A stretch of 64,000 bases of DNA from a virus, in IMG/VR virus record IMGVR_UViG_3300045988_115635, positions 32,001 to 96,000 of that record; one strand, 5' to 3'. Both the position numbers and the translations under genes were made by a program. Every line of letters begins with the position of its first letter. The stretch's first letter is position 1. A model generated the notes under the pieces. That model worked only from the letters and a program-made list of their open reading frames with translations, was not told where the DNA came from and did no database searches. This document shows positions 56,526-64,000 of this stretch, piece by piece.

Positions 56526-58899
56526 CTACTACACACCCAATTTCTCTGTAGCTGCTATTGGTACTCATGATATAAGGCTTATCTTCATAAGTTATTGTTG
56601 AGTTGGTCATAACAACTGTCGAATCTTCTAGTCTTAACGTATTCTTTCCCTCAATTATACATTCCTCAATGGAAAAATCTTCACACTGATAGATGTACAC
56701 GCCTGTGTCTACTGCTTCGAAAGCATAGTAGAGTGTATTTGATAATTCTGATGTACTACCTTGCTGGTCTATTGCGCCAATTCTAAAAGCATTGGACTTA
56801 GAAGACAAAGCAGTCTCCATAAATACAACTGTGCCAAAATCAGGTTTGCCAATAGTCCAATCTATAGCCGCTATGCCGTTAACATAGATTCTGTACTTGT
56901 AGTAAGTACCATCATCTGTCCAAGGAGCACCATCTGTAGAAGGCTGAAAAGCCAAAATAGCCTTTGTAGGGTCCTCGGGGGACTTTTGCACTGTTAAAAG
57001 TACAGGTGCCTTAATATGAGGAGGTTGATATTGGTATTCAACCGTTATAGGGTTGTTTTCCCAGTCGTTTACGGCAACTATGCTAAAGGTTGTATTGGCA
57101 ATTTCGTACCAATCAGCAGCATACGTGTAATTTGTTTGCCCTGATACGTAATTTACTGTCCAAACATCGCTGTTTACACTATTTGTGATTCTAAATGAGG
57201 TCGGTATAGCAGAATCAGTAACAGGAATTGACCAACTTAACACTAATTTTGTTACATCTTGGTCGTTATAGTTGTTATCCTGCTCCGATCTAAACCAAGA
57301 AAACGGTAAAGCAGGGCTTTCTAGCGTTAAAATTGAAGAATAATCAGAATAAAAGCCAGAAAGCGAACTATAAACCCTTGCACGAACCTTATATTCTATA
57401 TATTGAGCGGTTAAAGCACCGTTAAATGACACCCAAGTATTACCATCAGTAGAATATTCGAGCAAAACGGTAGAAGAATAACGGTTATTCGAACTATTTT
57501 TAGCCGCTGCGGTCAAACTATCAGCATGGCGCGTACCTGTAGGAGTGTTTGGAGCATACAAAGTACCATATGCAACCATATTTGAGGTATTAGAAGAACC
57601 ACCGCTACCGTAAGCCTGAATATAAACTGTTGCCGTTGTGCCTTTGATGTTTGAGGGCCATTGTAAGTTGTAAGTTAAGTTTGTACTTGCGCCTGAAACA
57701 TTAGTAATAGTGCTTACAAGGCTATTATTTGCATAAATTCTAAAGCCTGTCCTAGGTTTTGATGCCGTAGGAGCATAGCAAGAGAATGTAACGGTAAAGC
57801 TAGTATCAGTTACGTTTGATAACGAACAATTATAGGCTGGTTCAGGTGCTACCGCGCCGTTTGATAACGTTACTTTTAATACCGATGATGCAAAACCATC
57901 TAGTGTGTAGTTTGCAGTGCAAAAATCAGACTTATTTGTTCTGTTCCAAGCAGTATATGAGGAAACCTGGACTAATGAAAAAGTTTTAGTAGTATAGCCG
58001 CCTGTCTCACTCCACAAGCTTTGATTTGTGTAGCTTGTTACACCTGGGTTTAGCCTTGCTATCTGTGTAGCGTCAGTAGTTACAGGCTTACCATCTGTAC
58101 CAACAGTTACTGTACCTTCATAGATATAGGTATAGTAATCTGTCATTGCGTTGTTATTGGTCCAAGAAAAGCTTGCGCCAAATGTTGTTGATTCTTTTGC
58201 AGTAAAGCCGCTCGGGTCTGTAGGTGCTTGCAAAAGTAGGGTAGTACCTGATCTTTGTGAAGCACCCGATGCAGATACTGTTAAAACTCGCCTTGATATT
58301 ACCGATGCGTTTTTAGAGCCTGTATTAGTCCAAGGGTTAGCCGTTACGCTAGATGCCTGCGCCGCCCAACCAGGTGTAGCAGTATCGCTTGTAATTAGAG
58401 CGCGTTCAATATCAGTTCTATTTACTAACGCTTGCGCCGTGCTATTGGTGCTATAGCCTAAGCTTTCTTGATAGCCATTACTTGACGTATAAGAGGTAAT
58501 AGTAGGTGCTGCTGGCGTTGTATAGGTTGCATTCCACGAAATAGAAGCACTGTTTGAAGCACTTGAAGTACCATTCCATGACTGCGTAGCAGTATAGTAG
58601 CAAGTAGCACTACCAGACGCATAGCCTACATTAAGAGTAAAGCTAACATCTTTGTTGTAATCTTGCCCTGAATTCCACTGTTCACCAATATCAACAGATG
58701 CTGAACCGCCCCTGCTGGTAGACACACTAAAATAAACATGGTGATTTGATGCCCACCATGCATTTTGTATGCCCATACTATGACACCTGATAGTGATATT
58801 TACTTGCGAGCCGCTACGCCAATTTACCCAACCTTCAAAGCGAACTTGCGAGTAATATGTTTTAAGGGTCTGCCACCCCGTAGAAAAACTAGTCGCCAT
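56515..58899 (-). CDS. S/T/N-rich beta-rich protein (794 aa), candidate fiber/adhesin or distal part of split depolymerase
   Basis: A low-complexity S/T/N/G composition typical of beta-sandwich or beta-helix carbohydrate-binding proteins. Its ATG overlaps the upstream ORF stop (+1 frame) with RBS AAGGG. Confidence 0.4.
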   Translation of the reverse strand: MATSFSTGWQTLKTYYSQVRFEGWVNWRSGSQVNITIRCHSMGIQNAWWASNHHVYFSVSTSRGGSASVDIGEQWNSGQDYNKDVSFTLNVGYASGSATCYYTATQSWNGTSSASNSASISWNATYTTPAAPTITSYTSSNGYQESLGYSTNSTAQALVNRTDIERALITSDTATPGWAAQASSVTANPWTNTGSKNASVISRRVLTVSASGASQRSGTTLLLQAPTDPSGFTAKESTTFGASFSWTNNNAMTDYYTYIYEGTVTVGTDGKPVTTDATQIARLNPGVTSYTNQSLWSETGGYTTKTFSLVQVSSYTAWNRTNKSDFCTANYTLDGFASSVLKVTLSNGAVAPEPAYNCSLSNVTDTSFTVTFSCYAPTASKPRTGFRIYANNSLVSTITNVSGASTNLTYNLQWPSNIKGTTATVYIQAYGSGGSSNTSNMVAYGTLYAPNTPTGTRHADSLTAAAKNSSNNRYSSTVLLEYSTDGNTWVSFNGALTAQYIEYKVRARVYSSLSGFYSDYSSILTLESPALPFSWFRSEQDNNYNDQDVTKLVLSWSIPVTDSAIPTSFRITNSVNSDVWTVNYVSGQTNYTYAADWYEIANTTFSIVAVNDWENNPITVEYQYQPPHIKAPVLLTVQKSPEDPTKAILAFQPSTDGAPWTDDGTYYKYRIYVNGIAAIDWTIGKPDFGTVVFMETALSSKSNAFRIGAIDQQGSTSELSNTLYYAFEAVDTGVYIYQCEDFSIEECIIEGKNTLRLEDSTVVMTNSTITYEDKPYIMSTNSSYREIGCVVDGK

Positions 58900-59365
58900 A
58901 ATTACCCTTAATTGTCAAACGATAGATACCAGAACGTGAATTAGATACTGATAGCAAAGCAGAATTTACGCCTGGTTTTTGTTTTAGTACGGTATGTTCT
59001 TTACTTTCGCCCTCTAGTGATACATTTCCGTCAATAGTGATTGAACTAACGATATACACACCAATAGGGACGTTTACAATACCGCCACCGAAAGATTCAA
59101 CGTAATCTATTGCAGATTGAATAGCCAAAGTATCATCGTTAATACCGTCTCCTTTGGCTCCAAAATCCGAAACTGACGCATAGCGCAAATCAGCATCGTA
59201 AGAAGATACGGAAATGGGGAATGATGATAAATCGGTATCTATTGCAACCTGCAAGTATTCTTCATATGAAATTACTAAAGAAGCATTTGCCGCTATAGAT
59301 TTATCACCTATCAAAATTCGATAGGGTGCTAGGTTTGTTATTTCCATAAATCTAAGCATTTGCAC
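58889..59365 (-). CDS. pectate-lyase-fold (right-handed beta-helix) N-terminal fragment protein
   Basis: The signature VSDFGAKGDGINDDTLAIQSAIDYV is present in a 158-aa ORF that ends after only a few predicted rungs. Confidence 0.45.
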   Translation of the reverse strand: MQMLRFMEITNLAPYRILIGDKSIAANASLVISYEEYLQVAIDTDLSSFPISVSSYDADLRYASVSDFGAKGDGINDDTLAIQSAIDYVESFGGGIVNVPIGVYIVSSITIDGNVSLEGESKEHTVLKQKPGVNSALLSVSNSRSGIYRLTIKGNYGD

Positions 59366-59416
59366 AACTCCTTTTCCTTTGCCTAAAATTGTAGCAATGA
59401 AAAGCGTTCAACGCAT

Positions 59417-59785
59417 TTGTTAGGAATGATAATGCTTACATTAAAGATAAAAGATATTTTTAGTAATCGAACAGAGCAGACCTACGGGTTAATGTATAAA
59501 GATGAATACGAAAAAGACTGCTGTGCTTTATTCTCTTTCAAAGAACCTAAAGTTCTTAATTTTCATACTGCTAATTGCAAATTTCCTATTTTGGTTGTTT
59601 ATTTGCGTGATGATTTGTCTATAGATTCCTGGTATTTAATGTATCCAAATGAATCAGGCTTTAAGTCTATAAAACCTTGCAAGTTTGCCGTTGAAATGGA
59701 ATTTGATAAACATAAACTCATTGAGTTAAAACAGTCAGTAATGACTAGATTTGACTTAAAAGATAAAACGATTTCTTTTTACTAA
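59417..59785 (+). CDS. hypothetical protein, only plus-strand gene; AT-rich moron candidate
   Basis: A non-overlapped 122-aa ORF (probable start at ATG 59426 or 59432, with an upstream AGGAA). Its GC is about 30 percent. It ends 3 nt before motif copy 5. Confidence 0.4.
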   Translation: MLGMIMLTLKIKDIFSNRTEQTYGLMYKDEYEKDCCALFSFKEPKVLNFHTANCKFPILVVYLRDDLSIDSWYLMYPNESGFKSIKPCKFAVEMEFDKHKLIELKQSVMTRFDLKDKTISFY

Positions 59786-59788
59786 AAT

Positions 59789-59822
59789 CTCAATAAAATA
59801 ATTGAGAACGAACATTTGTTCG
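59789..59822 (-). promoter_or_regulatory. copy 5 of conserved intergenic dyad motif
   Basis: The plus strand reads ctcaataaaataattgagaacgaacatttgttcg. It lies directly after the terminator at 59833-59864. Confidence 0.45.
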
Positions 59823-59832
59823 TGTTTTAGGC

Positions 59833-59864
59833 AAAATAAAAAGCACCCCGTAAAGAGGTGCTTT
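59833..59864 (-). terminator. rho-independent terminator after 3-TM protein gene
   Basis: A stem AAAGCACC/GGTGCTTT with a 9-nt loop. The minus strand then reads TTTTTATTTT. Confidence 0.6.
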
Positions 59865-59883
59865 CTAGTCTCATGGAGTTTTA

Positions 59884-60273
59884 TTACTCTGCTTTCTTTA
59901 CCTCTACGCCATCTTCTTGGTCGGTAGTTTCAGCAGGTGTTTCAGTTGGGGTTTCAGTTTCAGTGTCATTTTCAGAAGTGAAATAAAACCACTTATCAAG
60001 GCTTTCACTGGTAACACCGATAGACTTAAACAAGTTGTAAGCAACCTGTACGCCACCTACAACAGCAGTAATCCAAGTAAGCAGTGTTTCAGGCGTTGGT
60101 ACGCCATTTACGCAAGCGGTAAATACACCTGCAAGCAAAGAAACAACAATTGCGATAACCCAATTGGTCAATTTAGACCAAGAAGAACGCTTAACAAGCT
60201 GAACTACGTATGGCAAGAACAATGAAAAGAAAACAGCAGCCACAGGCTGAATCCATGCTTCCCAATTCTCCAT
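59884..60273 (-). CDS. small 3-TM membrane protein with acidic T/E/P-rich C-terminus (holin-like topology)
   Basis: TM segments are VAAVFFSLFLPYVVQLV, WVIAIVVSLLAGVFTAC and WITAVVGGVQVAY. The C-terminus is ETETPTETPAETTDQEDG. Confidence 0.4.
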   Translation of the reverse strand: MENWEAWIQPVAAVFFSLFLPYVVQLVKRSSWSKLTNWVIAIVVSLLAGVFTACVNGVPTPETLLTWITAVVGGVQVAYNLFKSIGVTSESLDKWFYFTSENDTETETPTETPAETTDQEDGVEVKKAE

Positions 60274-60319
60274 ATCAAAACTTCCTTTCTATAGGGTGTT
60301 TTAATTATAAACTGTGTTT

Positions 60320-62317
60320 TTAGTATCTGCTACCTGATGTCCACTCTTGCGTAGAACCACCAAAAGATTGTACTAGACCCATTTCACGCTCAAATTGAGC
60401 CGATCTATCCTGATAAAAGCGTTCTAAGTCATTAGTCTCTAAAGCGGTTTGTTGACCTAAATAGCCTCCTTGTGCTGCTCCTACTATTGGCAATAAATTA
60501 CCAGTCATAAACGCATCAATTTGTTCACTTAATAACCTTACACATACCGTAGATACGCAATCCGCCATGTCGTTATGAGTTACAGGTCCATTGTCTGGGT
60601 GGTCTACCTTTTTCCCATTTTTCAAGATTAAGAACTTTAGTTCTTTTTCAAGCATGCATACTCTGCCTAAGCCTAAAATATCATCTTTAACAAATGGAGC
60701 ATGTAGCCAACCTTGATTTAGAGCCTGCTTAAATCTCTCCCAACGTTTACTATTGCTTTTCTCTGTAGCAGTTTCTTCAGTAACAATTACTGAATTGTTC
60801 ATAAAGGAGCCGCGCAATTTTTCACGATTCAAAAAGTCAATAAACGCGCCGCTATTCCACTGGTCGAATGTAATTTTAGTCACGTTAAAGACCTTCAAAA
60901 TAGACTTTAACCATTCAAAAACTACTACATAGTCAATATGCCTTGACCCGTCTTCACTAGGCTCAAAGTCTTTAGCCTGGAATATCTTTTGAACATCAAT
61001 AAATGCGTGATAATAACCATCATCGCAAAGTTGTTTGTGTCCAATGCTGCAACAAAAGTTGTCGTTTGTTCGACCAGCGTCACAATGCATTGTGTACTGT
61101 ACGTCAAGTCTACCTGTCTTATGAGGTACGTTTAGATTATTCTCCATAGACGGGAACGCATAAAACATTTCATCTACTTTGTGAGAATTCAAGAAAGCGT
61201 TTTCAGACTTAGCAAATTGAGCATAGTATTCTACTTTTGACTTTTCAGGGTCGCGTTCAATTTCTGCTCTAAACGATTCGTCTTGATCAGGTGAAGTTAA
61301 CAAAGGCGTTCTAATCGCTGGTAAGTATTGACCGTCTGTGAACAACTCCCAAGATGGTGCTTGAATGCAAAACATTTCAGGGTTTTTAGCCATACCATCA
61401 GGGGTAGTTTCAAAAGCATCACAATACAGTTCGTAAAACTTGCCAATCTCTGATACAGGGGTTGAGGGTACGATGATCATGCCGTCTTTGCCAAACTGAC
61501 GCAAAGAAGGTGTTAGTGCTTTATAAATCTCACTTGAAGATGCTTTTAATCCATCATCTAAACCATAAGCGAATTCGTCAAACATTTGTAAGAACGATGC
61601 TCTACCACGTGCAGCGTCAGGGTTAGCAGCTTTAGGCTCAATTTGAATAGTTGACCTAGTTTTAATGTTTTTACGTCTGCCTGCTTCAATCTGCTTTTGA
61701 AGTTCTTTCTCATTAAAAACTTTGTCAGATGCCGTTTCTAGCTTAATAGCAGTTTCTGATAAGGCGTTTACATAAGGGTCGAACCATGAACACGAAATAA
61801 TGGTATTGAGCACGTCAAGGTATAAAGCACTTTTAGCCTGTGAGTAGGTAGTAGCAAGAATATCTACGTAGAGGTCCTTACCCTCTGCAATACCGTATTC
61901 TTTTTGGGGGTTTCCTAACGTGAGCATTTGAGCCACTTTGTACCCTGCAATGTGAGCAGATGTAAAACCTTTTGAACCACGTCTACCAAGTACGAATACA
62001 CTTTCGCGGAAATGCTTGTAATTTCTCTTTTTCAACCATTCTATACGGTCGAAAATATCAAGCGGTATTCTAATAAGTCCGTTGTTCCTTGTGCTTTCTC
62101 TCCACGATTCAATTACCGCAAAGTCGTATGAAGTCATTTGATCTAATTCAAGAAAAATCAACTTCATTAAGGTTTTTTGCCTTGGGTATAAAGGTGCCCA
62201 CTGCAAAGATGGCGTATACATCTCATAAAAATCACAGATAGGCGGTAAATTCTTCAAAGAGATTTGAGGAGCAGCGAGCGAGGAAAAAACATCAATACCG
62301 TGTTTAATCTCACCCAT
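60320..62317 (-). CDS. terminase large subunit (putative)
   Basis: A 665-aa protein with a deviant P-loop VLGRRGSKGFT typical of terminase ATPases. The C-terminal half carries acidic and His residues (DGYYHAFIDV). The gene sits at the head of the late region. Confidence 0.5.
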   Translation of the reverse strand: MGEIKHGIDVFSSLAAPQISLKNLPPICDFYEMYTPSLQWAPLYPRQKTLMKLIFLELDQMTSYDFAVIESWRESTRNNGLIRIPLDIFDRIEWLKKRNYKHFRESVFVLGRRGSKGFTSAHIAGYKVAQMLTLGNPQKEYGIAEGKDLYVDILATTYSQAKSALYLDVLNTIISCSWFDPYVNALSETAIKLETASDKVFNEKELQKQIEAGRRKNIKTRSTIQIEPKAANPDAARGRASFLQMFDEFAYGLDDGLKASSSEIYKALTPSLRQFGKDGMIIVPSTPVSEIGKFYELYCDAFETTPDGMAKNPEMFCIQAPSWELFTDGQYLPAIRTPLLTSPDQDESFRAEIERDPEKSKVEYYAQFAKSENAFLNSHKVDEMFYAFPSMENNLNVPHKTGRLDVQYTMHCDAGRTNDNFCCSIGHKQLCDDGYYHAFIDVQKIFQAKDFEPSEDGSRHIDYVVVFEWLKSILKVFNVTKITFDQWNSGAFIDFLNREKLRGSFMNNSVIVTEETATEKSNSKRWERFKQALNQGWLHAPFVKDDILGLGRVCMLEKELKFLILKNGKKVDHPDNGPVTHNDMADCVSTVCVRLLSEQIDAFMTGNLLPIVGAAQGGYLGQQTALETNDLERFYQDRSAQFEREMGLVQSFGGSTQEWTSGSRY

Positions 62318-62320
62318 GTT

Positions 62321-62755
62321 TTACCCCTGTAGTAAGTCCGTGTTATATCCTTGTTGTTTCAAGTCTTTAGAACTCATGTGTTGTGCGTCCCAGATTTTAC
62401 GCTCAATGTCTATAGCAGCGTCAAGAACTGCTTGCTGCCTTTTGTCTAAGCGTGAAGTAATTGATACCTCTGGAATAAGCTGATTATTCCTTAATGCTTC
62501 AGCGTTTGGCTTAATATAACCATCAAAACCAAGTTCGAATAATCGAGTAGCAGCAAAATCTAACATTTCTTGCCAGACTTTATTCATCTCTTCTTTAGAA
62601 TCATAAATCTTAGTACCGTCTCCAAAGCGTCTGGCAAACTCACCGAAAAAGCCACCTTGCCCCATGATTCTATAATCATCGCCTGGTTTTCCGTATAAAG
62701 CGTACTGGTCGTCTAAGTTAATGCCTACATTATGGCTATTTTCAAAATCTGGCAT
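62321..62755 (-). CDS. hypothetical protein (position of small terminase subunit)
   Basis: A 144-aa protein immediately upstream of the large terminase gene with a 4-nt gap. The call is positional only. Confidence 0.25.
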   Translation of the reverse strand: MPDFENSHNVGINLDDQYALYGKPGDDYRIMGQGGFFGEFARRFGDGTKIYDSKEEMNKVWQEMLDFAATRLFELGFDGYIKPNAEALRNNQLIPEVSITSRLDKRQQAVLDAAIDIERKIWDAQHMSSKDLKQQGYNTDLLQG

Positions 62756-63006
62756 TATTCCTCATTTTCGTTTTCGGTTTCATTTTCATCATGAGAGAGC
62801 AAGTATCTTTCGGTCCAATCATGTATTTCTGCGTCCCTGCTTACATATGATAGACAATTGCCTAGATTAGGCTCATCTATAATTTCGGGAATATCTGTTT
62901 CGGTTTCACATAGGGCAAAACAGACCGCAAAATTATTTATTGAATCAATTCGCCTGCCGTGAAAACACGAAAAGCAAGATTGTTTTCTATTACTTACTTT
63001 TTTCAA
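62755..63006 (-). CDS. small Cys-rich acidic protein
   Basis: CFSCFHGRR...CFALCE is followed by an acidic tail ENETENENEE. The gene has a TTG start with RBS AAGAGGGAAG. Confidence 0.35.
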   Translation of the reverse strand: MKKVSNRKQSCFSCFHGRRIDSINNFAVCFALCETETDIPEIIDEPNLGNCLSYVSRDAEIHDWTERYLLSHDENETENENEE

Positions 63007-63012
63007 ATCTTC

Positions 63013-63054
63013 CCTCTTTACAAAATAACCCCGATTTGATTCTTCGGGGTTATT
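63013..63054 (-). terminator. rho-independent terminator after gene 63082..63939
   Basis: A perfect 10-bp stem AATAACCCCG/CGGGGTTATT (63024-63033 and 63045-63054) with an 11-nt loop. The minus strand then reads TTTTGTAAAG. Confidence 0.6.
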
Positions 63055-63081
63055 ATCTCACCAAACTATAAAAAATGAAAA

Positions 63082-63939
63082 TTAGTCATCAACCAGGATA
63101 GCATCGCAATTCTTACAACGGCTTTCATGGTGTGCTTTAAGAATTACGTACCCTGCAAGTATTTGTAATTTTCTTACGCTGCTTGACTTGATTTCACTGA
63201 TGAAACAAGCAGATGATAAAAGACTTGCTAGTTCATCTACTGTGCCTTCTTCAGCAAAATCACTGTAAACTCTATATTCATCAAAACATGTCACAGTAAC
63301 GTATTTAATACGTGTAGGTAATCCGTGCTCTTCACAAACATGAATGATACGTTTACGCATCATTCTGATTTCATCGTATGAAACTTCAGTAAAGGTATAA
63401 GCCAGTCCATCTAATGATTCGTATGCATTATCAATCTTTTCATTGATAACACGCATAATATCATCGTAAGCCAAGTCTCTAATGCTTAATGCAGACAGAT
63501 AGTTATTAAACTCAATGATTGCACAACTATCTTCATTAAAGAGAATTGGAGAAACTTCAGGTGCCTGGAATTTCTTTTTGAGTACGAAACGAATACCGCC
63601 GTTGTACCAAGTATCATGAATCTGATAACGCTTACCAGGAATGAGAATATCAATTTGAGTGTAGCCCAAAGAATCATCGGTATTCATGATGAAAGAATTA
63701 CCGCCAAGAACTTCAAGTAATTCTTTTAAGCAGTCTACTAGTTCAATCTTATCTTTATCTTGTGCTCTAAAATCAACTACGTAATCTGACGGCTTGCCTG
63801 TACCGTCTGCATAGTCAGAAAGATTTCGAACGCAAAGAATTACTTTATGATCTCCTAGCTTTTTAAGCCAGTAGTTGATATTTTCGCATCTAAAGTCGAT
63901 GCCCAAACGCTCCAAGTAAGGAACAGGAATTTTAAGCAA
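63082..63939 (-). CDS. hypothetical protein; N-terminus may lie beyond window end
   Basis: The frame stays open from 63939 to position 64000 with no stop. The reported start is TTG. The C-terminus contains CKNCDAILVDD. Confidence 0.35.
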   Translation of the reverse strand: MLKIPVPYLERLGIDFRCENINYWLKKLGDHKVILCVRNLSDYADGTGKPSDYVVDFRAQDKDKIELVDCLKELLEVLGGNSFIMNTDDSLGYTQIDILIPGKRYQIHDTWYNGGIRFVLKKKFQAPEVSPILFNEDSCAIIEFNNYLSALSIRDLAYDDIMRVINEKIDNAYESLDGLAYTFTEVSYDEIRMMRKRIIHVCEEHGLPTRIKYVTVTCFDEYRVYSDFAEEGTVDELASLLSSACFISEIKSSSVRKLQILAGYVILKAHHESRCKNCDAILVDD

Positions 63940-64000
63940 AGCACCTACTTTATCAAGGCAATTATTGTAGCCAACAAATTCACCGTCAACATAGAACTCA

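Noticed and set aside
62321-62755. Calling this ORF the small terminase subunit
   Set aside because: Only position upstream of the large terminase gene supports it. No recognisable helix-turn-helix or oligomerisation motif was found, so it is kept as hypothetical with low confidence.
1-64000. Search for tRNA genes, integrase/attP and CRISPR arrays
   Set aside because: No non-coding gap exceeds about 160 bp except 59366-59416 and 45810-45967. No cloverleaf-compatible GC-rich 70-90 nt segments, recombinase motifs or repeat-spacer arrays were seen.

Overview
This window appears to be a contiguous ~64 kb segment of a large tailed dsDNA phage, probably myovirus-type because a tail sheath and tube are present. 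The host is likely a low-GC Gram-positive bacterium, judging by GGAGG-type ribosome-binding sites and by CHAP, NlpC/P60 and lysozyme-like tail lysins. Essentially all genes lie on the minus strand and are transcribed from high to low coordinates.

Gene order in the direction of transcription (high to low coordinates):
- 63939 to 62321: three small genes.
- 62317 to 60320: large terminase.
- 60273 to 56515: an accessory insertion between terminase and portal. It holds a 3-TM protein, a terminator, the only plus-strand gene (AT-rich), a short pectate-lyase-like N-terminal ORF overlapping a 794-aa S/T-rich ORF.
- 56525 to 54582: portal.
- 54589 to 43315: head module. It holds a SWIM zinc-finger protein, an AT-rich pair of membrane proteins (holin-like plus a 6-TM protein), several large acidic proteins, scaffold, two gpD-like paralogs, and the major capsid protein followed by a terminator.
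- 43148 to 40066: neck proteins.
- 39995 to 33214: sheath, tube, a chaperone pair with a candidate A7 -1 frameshift site, tape measure, and two small tail proteins.
- 33217 to 29107: an array of three tail-lysin paralogs with swapped catalytic domains, plus a membrane-anchored C39-like peptidase.
- 29107 to 15475: baseplate (gp25/W-like, J-like, GH-like) and tail fibers.
- 15267 to 13489: SNF2 helicase.
- 13499 to 10888: six small unknown genes.
- 10897 to 7893: DnaC-like loader, DnaB, DnaG.
- 7760 to 143: J-domain protein, gp32-like SSB, a terminator and promoter motif, DnaE Pol III alpha, RecA, a small nuclease and a Cas4-like nuclease.

A ~35-bp dyad-containing motif (minus-strand consensus GAACAAATGTTCTATCTCAATTATTTTATTGAG) recurs at least five times. 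Each copy sits just downstream of a rho-independent terminator and upstream of a gene start, so it is a candidate phage-specific promoter or operator.

No tRNA, CRISPR array, integrase or canonical endolysin gene was recognised in the window. All functional calls rest on motifs read directly from the ORF translations; no database search was possible.
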